From Lama guanicoe (lineage: Eukaryota), in the NCBI GenBank assembly GCA_013239625.1, contig MU054391.1:3873130-3937129 (forward strand): a stretch of 64,000 nucleotides of DNA. The letters are read 5' to 3'. Shown in pieces: positions 39,521 to 52,560 of the stretch. Every line of letters begins with the position of its first letter. The stretch's first letter is position 1. A program made the position numbers and the translations under genes. The notes beneath the pieces are model-generated. The model saw only the letters and a program-made list of their open reading frames with translations, had not been told where the DNA came from and did no database searches.

Positions 39521-40728
39521 AGTCTCAGTGACCGGGGGAGGATGCCCATTGCATTCCTTTTCGTCTTTCTATGAGTTTTACACCTGAATGGAAAACAGAG
39601 GGACATTTTCAATCATAACAAAGTAGTTAGATGGTCTTTATAAATGAAAAAAATGTTACCGGTGCAGGGGAGAGACTCTGCATGATTACTCAATGTGGGT
39701 TTCAAAAATCACTGTGAGTGTAAAGTTGGGAAGGAGAGAGAAAGAAGGGGAGAGACTGAGACATCCCACCGATGGATACGGACACTAAAATCTAAAGGGA
39801 GAGGCTGCAGACCCCAGCTCTTCCCAGAGGGAATTCTGAGACCACCATGGATGCATTAGTTACTTGTAGAAAATCTTAAGTGCGGTGATTTTCAGTCTTT
39901 CCCCTTCGAAATAGTTTGGAATTAGTTTGTTTAGCATCTGGCATCTTCTCATGTTGTGTGGTGTTGAAGCCGTTTCTGGAGTGTGTACCTCCTCTCTATC
40001 CTTGATCGCCAGTGTGGATTATTTTGTTTTTGTGTGTTTAGCCTCCAGGAAGTTACTGTGGTTCAATGTAGTGGAAGGGAGTGGGGAGGGGGGAGGCAGG
40101 GGGCAGGAGGCACAGATGGCAGGTCTGACAATGTCGGTTGAGGCAGAAACTCAATGATGGTCAACTTCTGAGCCAAAAATGCTTAGGGCTGGAAGAGAAC
40201 CATTTTAGGTGGAGTCTCTCCCTTTATTGATGAGAAATTTAGGGCCAGACCTGTGAAAGCTCTTCCAGGAGAAAACCTCAGAGAGCATATTAGAACATGA
40301 GGTTCTTCATGTCATCTTGTTTGCTTTCCTGTCTTTACTGCTGGTAGGTTTGAAGACTTTCTTTTAAACGGGGCAGTCATATCGTGCTATGAGAAGCATT
40401 TCTTACTAACAAGAGGAAGATGGCTCGCAGGCCGCGAGTTCCGTGTGAAGAATCAGAGGCTGCAGGACAAAGTGGGATTCAGGATTTGCGCACTTGGCAC
40501 AGGGCAACAAAATGGGGCAAATCCACAGGCCCCAGCACTTAGCTCTTGACACTGGGACCCTCGAAAGGGGCTGGGGAGGCACTGGAAGAGGAGCTGCGAG
40601 GAGGAAGGATTCCAGGTGCCCCTGCAGGTGACCCCAGACTTAAAGGACCCCCCCCCCAGTTACCTGGCGGTAACGCACACATCAGTCCTTTCCGTCCACG
40701 TCTGAGCTGCATGCTTCTCCGGCCACGG

Positions 40729-40742
40729 CCAGCAGAGGGCGC
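40729..40742 (+). promoter_or_regulatory. CTCF consensus motif
   Basis: CCAGCAGAGGGCGC (context CGGCCAGCAGAGGGCGCC) fits the core CCRSYAGRKGGCRS exactly, within a CpG-rich patch. Confidence 0.7.
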
Positions 40743-40868
40743 CCACGGTGGCGCGGACGCCGTTACCTTCGCGTTGGACAGAGACGGTTCGGGAGGCGAA
40801 ACCCTAGGGCAGAAATGGAGCCAGAGGCCGAGGTTTTAACCAGAGGCGGTTTTCAGGAAGGCCTGCCG

Positions 40869-40882
40869 CTGCCACCTGGCAG
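40869..40882 (-). promoter_or_regulatory. CTCF-like motif
   Basis: Minus strand CTGCCAGGTGGCAG, one mismatch to the CTCF core. Confidence 0.45.
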
Positions 40883-43719
40883 CGCAGAAGCAGCTCCGAC
40901 CCACGAACGCACCTTTGCTCAAGACTTTCCTTGCTGGGAGGCCAAGTTTGACACACTTTATTCCCCCCGAGCCGTCTTGAATTACGGCTGAAAGGATCCA
41001 AGCCGAGCAGCACAGTTCCCTGCCCTCCAAAGGCAACAGCCTGGAGCTGAGGCACTTCCAAGCTCCTTTTAAAAAGCTGTGATCCACTTTGCACGGAAGC
41101 ATAGAACACTTAGAAAGCTGAGGTTTATCACGAAACTTTTAATAAATATTCACCTATGGTTTTCGTGAGCACAGGCATTAGAATGCTGTTCTGTTTACTG
41201 GGAACACACAGCTGCGTGTGACGAAGAGGTGGCTCCCACAAGCACCGTGTTTAAATGCATTACCTATTAAAAAAAACATGTACTACAACGTTGCTTTGAC
41301 TAACACCAAAAAGAGATTATTTTGTAGCGGGAGAAGACTTGAGAATATCTGTGCTTAAGTTACTAGCATCATTACGCCGACCTGCTGTTCCACGGTGTCC
41401 AGCTCTACCCTGAAAAGGGCAGACAGGAGGACAACTGTGCCTATGGTCTAAATACCTTACAATGTTACATGTCAATTATAGCTCAGTAAAGCTGAAGATG
41501 TGTTAAAATTCTGCCTCTGACTTACTTTCTGGGGCCATTTAGAAACATTGCTGGTTTAAATGGTGAGCCTTCAGTTAATTCCCCCTTGACACCCTCTGCA
41601 GCAAAACTGCTCCCAAGTGTACAAGTCACAGACGTCGCCGCAAGACGCGGATAAATCTCCAGCGAAGCCCCCCGCGCCACCGCCTGTCCTGCCTTCTCCC
41701 ACCGCAGCCACGACTGATCTCCGATGACCCTGAGCTTTCCGCCGGGGACGTGTGTGCTGTGCCTCCGGCCACACACCCTGGATCCGTGACTGGGACTCTT
41801 CCTGCATTGCTGTCTGTCCTCCAGGGCCAACACCTGTTACACAAACGGGGACTTTTTTTTTTCTCCTTTTTTCTTAGGTTGGTTGGGAGGGATGTTTCTA
41901 GTTCCCGTCTGTGTGGGTGGCCCACTGTGATCACAGACGTCCTACTAAGGGAAAGCAGGAGGCTGGAGGGTCAGAGGGGAGAGGTGATGACGTGGCAGGA
42001 GCCGAGGCAGGAGGGAGAGATGCGCACTGTGACCTCGGCGGGCTGTGCTGCGTGGACCATGCAGACCCCGTCCCTCGGGGTGAGGGCTCCCTCAGTCATG
42101 CCCAAATTCACCTACTGCCCGGAATTAATCAAGTGCCGGCTCCGTGCCTGCCTCCCGTTGCCTGGTTCCCCATCCCCTACCCCTTCCTCCGTCCTGAGCA
42201 CCCGATTCATTATTCTGATGCTCCCTCCTCCCGGGACACTCTCTTCACGCGGCTCCCAGGACATCGTCTCTGAAGAATCTGCCAGAAGTTAGCAGCAGAG
42301 CCCGGAGTGAACTTGTGCTCCCGGAATCTTCCTGTGGGCAAAGACGAGCACGTTTCATATTCAACTGTATATATTTTTGTACATGCAGTGAGGAACCTTG
42401 AATATTTTTCTCTAAGATCTTAGAGGGAAAAAATATAGAACAAAAAAATTCAGCAGTTGTCAAGTGCGGTTAAAGCTCAGTGGACCTTACCCTTCCTCCC
42501 TTGTCTTTGCCTGGAGCCCCTTCAGGGCTGGGAGGGTCTCAGCACAGGGTGGAAAAACAAACGAAAAAGTGCCTGGGATTTAAGGCTGCAGCACTGACTC
42601 AGGAAAAAGAACTTTAAACTTTTTTTTTTGATTTGGGTTTAAAAGAAATTCGCAGGAACAGCTGCTTCCATTTCATTTAAAATTATAAAGGTAGAAACTT
42701 TCTGACATGATTCGTTTTCATCACCAGGCAGTGGGGTTGGTAGATAAGACCCTGTGACGGTCTCTGTCTCCCTGTCCTGCCTCCGTAACCCTCTGAACTT
42801 CCCTGCACTTTAATCTTACCTTTTCCCCGGTTCCGGTACATCCGATGCACAGAAGTACAAGGTGAGAAAAGAGCACAAGGTAGAACTTTTAAAAATCCTA
42901 TTATAGAATAAAGAAATCTAAGCAAAGGCCCTGGTTCTTGATTCCACGCTTGGAGGCCGGCTGTATTTGTGATTTTCCTCTTTTTGCTTTCCAGGCTCCC
43001 CTTGCACGAAGGCAGCGCCCTAGGAGGAGTGTTTTGGGTGGGAACCCACGTCCTCACACCATCCTGTGATCCCGTTCATGGAGGCTGCAGGGACCATGTG
43101 CGTGCTTTTACTGCAGAGTCTGCGGTCCCTAGCCCACCTCCACAGCCACTGCGTTTCCCATCATGCAGCATTTGCTGTCTTTCCCCTTCATCGTAGGAGC
43201 CGTTGCCCCAGCCAGTAGCCTGAACTGCATTCACGTCAGCCTCATCCTCCAGCGGCAAAGGGACCGCAGGTAGCCTTGTGGCTGTCTCATGTTTCAATCT
43301 GGAGAAGCAGTCCTTGTGCCCCACTTCACAGATGGTCCTCCCTTGGGTGAAAACCGTTCAGTACAGGCCAGAAGCGTGGAGGATGGGTCATTAGGTATAA
43401 CTCCCTCCCCCCAAATGAGCCCTGCATCCTGCCAATGGGGGGAAATCTCGTCGGATGCAGAGGAAGACCTCCACTGCCAGCAGAGCTGACCACGCTGGGG
43501 GTGAACACCCGCAGCCACAGAACAGAGTGATCAGGGCTCGGAAAGGACCTGGAACTGGGCTCCACGTGAGTGGTCCCTCGGCTCTCCAAGTAAATCTGAG
43601 CTTGAAGGATGAGTCAGAAGGAACACAGCAAGAACAGAGTTCACGCAGACAGAGCAGCATTGCCGAGACGCGGAGACACCACGTGCTGCCACGGGTTCCA
43701 GACTGGGCGATGCGGACGA

Positions 43720-44140
43720 TGGCTAAGAGGAAGGCAGGTCTGTGTTTGCGTCCTGGTTCTGATCCTTATCAGCTGCGTGGCCCAGGGGAACTCACTTGAC
43801 TTTTTCTTTGTGTGTGTGTGCGCCTAATCTATTAAAAAAAATAACATTAATAAAAATAGTTAATTACCTCCTTATATTTTATAAGTATTCAACGATGTAA
43901 TGTATATACAGTAGTGTTCCTGTGTCTGGCACATTTTCAGCGATCACGTGGGAGACAACATAGGGGCAAGAAAAAAAGCATGAGTTTGGGCGATGAGGTT
44001 GACTTGGAATTGAGCCTCTGCTCTGCCGTTTAGACCTCTCCAAGTCTCAGTTTCCTCAGCTGCACAACGAGGGCGGCGGCACCTGCCTTGCCAGGTGGAT
44101 TAAACATGAGGGAAGTAACATGCGCGCAGCACCTGGCGGC
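43720..44140 (+). mobile_element. Two tandem MIR remnants
   Basis: GTCCTGGTTCTGATCCTTATCAGCTGCGTGGCCCAGGG (~43750) and CTCTCCAAGTCTCAGTTTCCTCAGCTG...GGATTAAACATGAG (~44040-44110). Confidence 0.6.
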
Positions 44141-45859
44141 AAACAGCCAGCGGTCCGCGCACGTGTCTCCTTTACCCCCGGGGAGGTGGCTCATCCCTTT
44201 GCAGGCCGCTTGGACCAGCTGTGCCTTGGCTGTTGCCGGTGGAAAAGGACTCCCTGCGTGAGGCCGTGCACGCTGAGTGCTGCCGTTTCACGTGGGGCTT
44301 GCTCCAGGCCCTCTGCTGCGGTTAGAAGTCTAGTTAGAGGCGCCTTCTGCCGTGTTGATCACGTGCGTCCTTGGCGCTGACGTGGATGAGGATGACCGCA
44401 CACTTCCGTGTTTCTGTTGCTGCCGAGCACGATCGGTCTTGACAAGGATTCGCCCATCTTTACACCTTCTTTTAAAAGATCGTGTCAAAAGGGGCACATT
44501 TATCAGAGAATTTGCCATGCATGGGTTTCAAAGAGCAGCCTAGAGTAATGAATGCTGACATGTGAAATTTATGGGGGACTTCGAGGGTTTAGAGGAGAAG
44601 CAAAAGGAGATGTCCCGAATCCCACTGTTTCCCCATGTATACCAGGAGTTAGACATTTAACTTATTTTCCCCCTGGATCCCTGCCACGTGCCTTTGATGC
44701 CATCTCGGAGTCTCAAGGCTTAATAGGCCGTGAGGTGGAGACGGCCTGACTGTAGCAATCTGACTTCCATCAAACCTTTTCCCAAGAGAGGCTGTGGTCC
44801 CGTCCACTCGGAAATGCGGGGTGAAGTCGTCCCCACGCCTGATGCCTGGAAGGGTGTGTACTGTGCACACGCCGACTTCACGCAGGCAGCCCCTCCTGCT
44901 GGCCAGTGCTGTCTGCCTCTTCAACACCAGTACCCTTTCTCTGAAGTTTTTCATGTTCCTGCAAAGACCAAATGGCCGACAAATACCCATTCTGCAGGTG
45001 GATATATGCTTCTTTTTAAACCACTGCCTTTTTGGAAGCTGTGTTTTTGTCTTCATCTTCCCTTTTACCTGCTCTGTCCTCGGTGCCAGCTGCCCCCGCC
45101 TCCCAGTGAGCATCGTGCACTCGGGGAGTTCTTACCTCTGTGGGGAAAGTGGCCAGAGGGGCTGCTGTGAGAAGCTGTTCCTGACTCTCTCCATCCTCTG
45201 AAGACACTTCCCTTTCCCCCACGTGCTTCTTGACATCTTCTTCCAGAGCAGAAGCCATCAGTGCTGCCTCTCATAGGACAATTGGATCTTCCCTTTTCAC
45301 GAGGCAGAGCGTCCTATATGGGGACTGTGCCAGTCTGTGCTTGAGGCGTCTCTAGCGGGTATGTTACCCCTAAGTGAGTGCTCAGAGCGTGCCAGGGAGA
45401 GAATGGGAGGGACGAGGCCTCCTTGCCTGGGGCCCAGGGTCAGCTGATCCTGCCTTACTGCCTCCCTGGGCCTCTTCCTCTCTCTAGAGGGAATTACTGC
45501 CTTGGGCGTGGCCATTCCTTCACATGCCGTGTCTGCTCTGCCCTGCAGTGGCCCTTGGCATTTTTCCACTTTCTATGCATCTTTCTTGCAATATAAAGGC
45601 CACAACTTATTCACATACATGTCAGGGGTTCCCCGAATTGGGCTGAGTAGACCAGTGAGACTTCCTGTCCTGGTGCGTCTCAGTCCCGCTGGGGTGCCCT
45701 GGTTCGTGCCAGCTTTTCATGCAGAGCTGTGATCGCCACGTAGTTTACAACATCAGCAGCATTTTCTCAAGTCTCTCTCTGCACATTAGCTTCAGGGCAC
45801 CCACTTTAGAAGCTGAGTTGTTTCTCTCTCTCTATTTGTTGTTTATTAACCTTTCAAAT

Positions 45860-47085
45860 GTCCTCCCATATCCTTCATCAAAAAATATGACTTAAAAACA
45901 CACATACCTATCTACAGAAATACTTACATATATAGGAATATACATGAGTTATTACACACATATTTTTCTTGCTCAATCAGTTAAGAAGGTCTTGAGGAAT
46001 GACACTCCAGAAGCAACAAGCATGCCTAGCGCCCAGGCCTTCTTTTCTAAAACCATCCTCCAGAAAAAGGACCCAGAGCTCCTTGGAAAAATGTCTGGTT
46101 TTTAGGGTAAGGGCAGAAACTATACAAGATGAGCTTGAAGCATTTTGTAGTACCAGGAAATAAGAAAGGATTAAAACAAAATAAAACAAATCAAACTAAA
46201 AAACCCCACAATAATGGGGGTCTACTGAAGTGACATAGGAGCCAAATGAGAGCTCTCAACGACTAATCCTGGAAAAATCTGAGTAACAAAACTTACAAAG
46301 TGTTTAATAAATATTCATGAATCCTTACTGATAAAAATGAATAACTGAATAATGAAATTAATGAGTTAGAAAAGATAAGTTCCCATGTAGGAGAATTCCA
46401 AATAATTTATGTAGGTATTTTGGTATCAAAGGTGCGGGGCAAAACCTCCCATTTCTCAGATGTGAGCTGCACAGAGTGACTTTCCTTCAAAAGGGCCAAT
46501 TTAGATGGGGAAAGATTAATTCTGCAGAGGAGAAACTGGACAATCAGGACCTCAGCCAAGTGACCAAGGCCGACATCAACAGGGGAAAGCTATGCTGACA
46601 ACATAGTTACCTTTTATACGATGGGGTAAAAATGGTACTTTACCTCTATGGTCTTACGCCCCAAAACACACTATCCCAGTCTAATCAGAGGGAAAAAAAT
46701 CAATTGGAAAAATCCCAATTAAGGAATCCTCTACAAAATACTTGACCAGTGCTTCTCAAAACTGTGAAGGTCATCAAAACAAAGAAAATCTCTCACATCC
46801 AGGAAGAACCTAATGAGACATTACAAGTAAATGCCATGTGACCTCCTACAAAGGGTCCTAAAACATAAAAAAAAGGACATTAGGTAAACACTAAGGAAAG
46901 CTGAAAAATCTGTCAGTACTAATGCATCTATATTGGCTCAAAACAATACTTAATTTTAACAAATATGCCACATTGATGTAAGATGCAAATAATAGGGGAA
47001 AGCTGGAAAGGAGGATATAGGAGATCCCTGAACTAGTTTTACAATTTTCTATAAACCTAACAATGTACCAATATAAAACATTTAA
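45860..47085 (+). mobile_element. LINE-1 3' end (L1MC/MD-like)
   Basis: GCAGAAACTATACAAGATGAGCTTGAAGCATTTTGTAGTACCAG, CTTCTCAAAACTGTGAAGGTCATCAAAAC, terminal TTTACAATTTTCTATAAACCTAA. Confidence 0.85.
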
Positions 47086-47719
47086 TACAAATATTTATTG
47101 AATTTATAATAAGATTCTAGCCCTACTCTAAACACTGTGTATGTAACCGTGAAAAGAGAGGAAGAAAGTGCTGGTCTCGTATACGTATTTTCTTGTGGGA
47201 TAGATTTTTCTGGGTTCTCTGTACATTGCCCACTAAATTTGGATCTCTGCTCAAGTTAAATTGTCATGAGTGTTATTTTTAGATCTTTAATTTTTCTATA
47301 TCATTAGAAACTTACTCAGATATCAGACTGTGGCTGCTCACCCTAACACTGAAGACTAGATGTGAACATCAAAGTAAAACAAAAAATGTCTTATGGGAAT
47401 CCCCCAAGAATTGATAGAAATTCCATGCTTATTACTCTTTGGGAAATAAAATTATGACTATTCCAACAAAATTCTATCAAATGCGACTTTTTCACTATTA
47501 GGTCCTTAAGGAGGATGCTCACAGATAATGGCAGCAAGACGAACAAGAACAAAGAAAACTGACATCAAAAAAGTAGATGCAGATGTGAGCAAGCGTAATT
47601 GTCCAAAGCTACTTGGTGCATGAAAACGAATCACACATCCTTCAAAGTCTTTCTGTCTACTGCACATGGTGACAACTGGTGGTCACAAGGATGCTCGATC
47701 AACAGCTGAGAACTAGAAT

Positions 47720-47950
47720 GAAATGGGGAAGAGGACACTCTGGATCCAGACTTCCTGAGTTCAGAGCCCACCCCTGCCACAAAGGCGCTGTGAGTGTGGG
47801 CTGCGCCAGACCTTTTCTTGCCTACTTCCTCACTTTAAAGATGAGAGTAACGGTGGACTCCATCTCATAGGCTACTGCAAGCATCAACTAACCATTAAAT
47901 GGGCTCAGGTTCATGCCTGTCTGCGACATGTACCTAACAAATATTAACCA
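47720..47950 (+). mobile_element. MIR SINE
   Basis: CTCTGGATCCAGACTTCCTGAGTTCAGAGCCC...TTCCTCACTTTAAAGATGAGAGTAA...CATCTCATAGGCT. Confidence 0.7.
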
Positions 47951-48514
47951 TGATAATCAAGAAATGGTCAAATAATTTCAGCTTATTGGTGGTGAGCATA
48001 CATGTAATAAACTGAAAACAAGGTCAAACAAAATCACATAAAAATTAAGTTTTAGATAGTTTTACAAAACCCAGTATATATGATTAACACATTGTGACCT
48101 TTCAAAATATGAATATTAGTTCCTTTCTCTGACACCCATGGGGAGGGAAGAAGGAAAGGAGGGAGGAAGACAAAGAAGCACACAGGAGCTCATTTGCTGG
48201 AGTTTGCCCCTTATATGTTTCAAGAGGAGTCCAGGGGATGGGTTGGACATGCAATGTTCGATTTATGAGACACCTTTATGGTATATAGGGTTAGCAAAAT
48301 GAACTTCCCCTAGCTTTATTATTGTCTCATTTGTGCTATAAATCATTTTATTTTTTAACTTGGTTGAGGAGGAGGATTCCTGTCCATCTACTTCCAGCGG
48401 AGGATTTTTTCAACAACTTACACAGCAGTTTTGTGGCAAACTTTGTGGGTGCTCTCCCATATCTCCTCTCCATCCCCCACTCCCGTTCACCTCAACCTCA
48501 CACCTCCACCTCCA

Positions 48515-48885
48515 TGTGTCTGTGACTCTTGGTTCCAGGGTTTTCTTTGCTGCCTGAGCTGTAGTCAGGCAGGCTGGCAGGGAAGGGTGCTCCATGCCAC
48601 CCAGGGGCAGCCCTCAACCACTGCTGATATGGTTGGTGGGTAAGTGCCCAGGCCCCCGACCCTGTCTGGGAAATAGCTAAGGGGTGGTCTTGTCTGTCTC
48701 CCAGAGCCTCCCTGTGGGACTGAGGCTCCGGTTGTCCAAATACTCTCTTTCTTGGGCTCCTCCTGTCCCTACCTCTCTTCTTGCTGGGTTTACCAGCGCT
48801 TCCGGGAATCACCTTTTATATAAACAACCTGCAGTCACATCTTTTTGTCTCAGAGTCCACTTCTGGGGAAACCCAACTTAAGACA
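48515..48885 (+). mobile_element. ERVL LTR (LTR16-like)
   Basis: 3' end GGGAATCACCTTTTATATAAACAACCTGCA...TGTCTCAGAGTCCACTTCTGGGGAAACCCAACTTAAGACA; 5' boundary uncertain. Confidence 0.7.
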
Positions 48886-50649
48886 AATTTTGCAGATTGT
48901 TTTGCTTATTTTAAAAATAATCCTCAACCATTTTCTTTTCCCAAACAGCAATACTAATGTGCAAGCAGAAGTGTGATGATTGCCATCAAAGTCTTTCATA
49001 GCAATGATGTCTGGAAATGATGTCTGTTGCATAAGGAGATAATTTCACCGTAAGTACATGTGAGGTATGGACCAGCCACTTCCTCGCCTCCTCAAGGCTG
49101 CTCTTTTATGTGCTGGGGTCATTTACATTTAGTGATGCAAATGTTCCTTTTTGACCAACAATCATTCTCATCCTGTTAGAATGTTCAAATCACACAGAGA
49201 GGTAGGGGCTCGAGGAAGATGGAAAGTTCTTATTGAAATAAGGGAGGGAACAGGACCAGGAAGTAAGACCACACCAATGCTATGATTTCTCACGTTGACT
49301 ATTTTGTACCTTCCTGGTGTTTTGCTCATAATAATGAAACTCTTCAATGAAACAGATTTATGAACTGGTTTGGAGAGGCAATAAGGTGTGTGGAAGCATC
49401 CTCTGTTTACCCTGCATGTGGGAGACAGCATTCACATACACCAAGGATGGTGCCAACAACATAAGGAGAGAGGGCAGCCTGTGTTTCTAGGGCGAGTGCA
49501 GTGTGGGAGGGCGTCTGGGTCCGGGATGGGCACTAGGGGCTGGGGAGCTCAAATGCCATCCTTGTCCCCACACACGTGTCCCTCCAGTCCATAACCTCTT
49601 TGCCACCCTGTTTACCCCCCCCCCCCACCATGTTGATTAAGAGCATTGGCTGTTTACGGTAACCTCGGGATACAAGAAATCTGTCCGCACCACTTTTTAA
49701 TCCTAATTACGAACAAAGTTGTAAAAAATGACTGCACTGTATAATTTCCATTTTAAAGGTCTCAAAAGAGCAAATGGAGTTTTAGAGCGCAAAGCTCTGC
49801 TTCACAGACTTACAGGGGGATGGCCCCAGGTGTCTGTATAATTGTTCATTTGGAAAGGACCTGTTGAAAATTATTGTGGGAAGAAGGGAAAACCAGCTCC
49901 CCCCAAACCAAAGGATTTTGTGAAGTGAAATAGAAGTAAGGGTCCCCTTGAATTGAGCGAGTCTGCAGAGTGAAAGCACCTTCTTACGAGACAGCTAAAA
50001 GCAGAGGGTGAAAACAAGTGTTGAATGTGAACATGGGGGTAAGATGTGCCTTGTCTTGGGAGATGCAGCTGTCAAAGCGAGCGTCTGGCAAGGAATCCTG
50101 AGAGCGGCGTTAGTGCTGCAAGAACAGCAGGCTCCTTCAGGGTCTCAGGCTCTCTTCAAAATCTGTCTTCACTCTAGAAATGCACTGACTTTTCAGTTCA
50201 TTAGGACTCAGCCCACTAAAGACTCATAACTGTCTGAGCCTCCGCTGAGAAATTCTGCAGCTGCCATCAACGCGTGTGACTCACAGTATTTTCTCTACTG
50301 TCACAGTGGAGAGGGTCTAGATGCATTCACTTACAAGGGTTTTCCAGATGTTGCTCTACCCTAACCAAGAGCCCTAGGAAGCAGCAGGTGACCCCCTGTA
50401 ACTGGGCAGGCTGGCCCTTAAGACAAGGACTGAGGAAGTGTTGACAAGGAGCTCACACTGGATTCAATTACAGCATCAGAAATGGAGGTGCAGGGGTCCT
50501 TCCCACCAGTGCAAAGAAGATGGGAGCTGTGTTGAGAATCAGAGATGATAAAGGCGTGTGTTCATCCTCTCACTGCCCCCACCGTGCGTAGGCACAATGC
50601 CGCCTGGGGATGTTCAAGGAAAGGCTGTACCGAGCACTCCTGGTACTTT

Positions 50650-50765
50650 CTCAGGTATTACAATTGTCACAGCTGCCCTCTATTTGACAGACGAGAAAAC
50701 TGAAACTCAAAGACATCTCCTTGGCTGGCTTGTTCTGAATTATGCAGTCGTCTCAGGATTTGGGA
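50650..50765 (-). mobile_element. MIR fragment
   Basis: CTCTATTTGACAGACGAGAAAACTGAAACTCAAAGA, reverse MIR core. Confidence 0.55.
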
Positions 50766-52349
50766 TATCGTGAGAAGTCAGTGTTATTTGGCCATTAGCT
50801 AATTTGATCATCTTTAACGATGTCGAAAGTCATTTTACAAGAAGAATAGTAAAACCGTATATAATACAGGTTTTCCACAATGATTTCATTGGGACAGTAA
50901 CTTAATTTATGTGCACTGCCTTTGCTTGAAATTCAGGAATCGGGCTTAGGGTCTTTAGACAGCTGCTTTCTAGACCCAGGTCTTGAAGTTTTGCGATGCC
51001 TCTTGAGTTTTTTCCCTAGGCAGCAGCTCACTGATGGAACATGGCCCTTGTGTGACCCAGAGAGGCGGCAGGTTTTTAAAAACTTATTTATTTTTATTGT
51101 TGTTACGCATACTGCAATTCAGCATGGTGAGCACCTAAAAATGTACTTAAAGGTAAGAGCAAATGTTTCCTGCTTCCTATAAGATATTTTACCTCGTTGA
51201 TGAGTTGTTAGCCAGTCAATCAGAACAAAGAATAAATCAGATGATGTCACAACTAAAGAACAGTTCATTTAAAAGCTGCCTTTTCTGAAGTATCCCCAAT
51301 ATGCATGATGGTAAGATTTGGTTTCAATAAATAATAGTAAAAAAAAACAAACAAACCCAGATTTACTAGGAACTCAAAGCTACATCTTTTTTTTTTCTGA
51401 CATCCTACCTTTTTGTAACTTCCACAAAAGTGGTAGAATTCCAACTTAATAGGCAAATATTCTGTGGGATAATGTTAGCTCTACTCGGGGAAAGAATGAT
51501 GCTCAGAAAGATGAGAATCGGGCCTGAGCAGTGTCAGAACGGAAGCGTCACGGGCCAAGACACGGGGCAGCTGTGGGCAGAGGGGTGGAGGAATTCTTCA
51601 TGAGGAGCGGGGACGTTTTGAAGGAGGTCTGAATAAAACTGAGAGGAGGGGGGAGTGGTGAGCATCCAGCTCTCCCAGGTGAGCTCTCCAGGACCTCTCG
51701 GCTCAGCGCCAGCACACTGTACCTCCGTCCCCGTGCAGACTGCCTGCGTCACCTTAAAGACAACGTTAGTTTCTGGCGGTGACTGTTTATTTACGGTGTT
51801 CTAGTACCTGAGCAGGCAGTCAACGGGCGTGGAAAGAAGGTGTTTATACGAAACATTCCAGTTTGCTGTTATCAACGGCATTCCTACCCGATAAGGCAAG
51901 AAAATACATTATTAAAAATTATCTAAAGTGCTAACTGCTGCAGGTGAAAAGTGTTCTTTGCGTCCTCTGTCATTTCAGAATTTGTGGCACTGATGCTGGG
52001 GACACAGAGAACGGTTGTGACACCATCCCTGATGGGTCCCCAAGAAGGAAGATTTAATCAGCGTCACCCTTTCTGGGAAAGACTGAAAAATAGAAATAGA
52101 ATATATTTTTGTACTCAATTCTTCTCACTCTCTGTTCTCTTCCGTTTCCAGGCGGACTCCAGTTTCCAGCAAGGCCAGTTGCATTTCAGACTGTGCATCA
52201 GGAAATCTTCGCCTTCAGTCCACAGGGTCTGTTTCAGCGCCAAACCTTCCTTGTATTTTTCTGCAATGTCTAAATAGAAACCGTTCATTCAAATCTTATT
52301 CAACTTCCTAGAAATTAGCTATGAAAGTGGGTGAGAGCTACGGTGCTCT

Positions 52350-52560
52350 CTGCTATCCAATGCAAATGCATGCAAATTTCTTCATATTAGAATCATTGTC
52401 TAGTTGTCATCCTCGCACGGGGCACATCAAAGCCATATGACCTGATTTTTGCACCTGCTGTTTAATTAAATTTACAAGGCAGACACACTCTCCACTCCCG
52501 GTGACATACAAATCCGTTTTTACAGCCACAGCTTCTAATTTACAAGGTAGTTGACTGCTG
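52350..52560. promoter_or_regulatory. Enhancer-like motif cluster
   Basis: Two octamers ATGCAAAT (52360-52367, 52370-52377), TCF/LEF ACATCAAAG (52424-52432), TTAATTAA, and AATTTACAAGG twice (52469-52479, 52537-52547), in sequence with no recognisable repeat. Confidence 0.45.
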
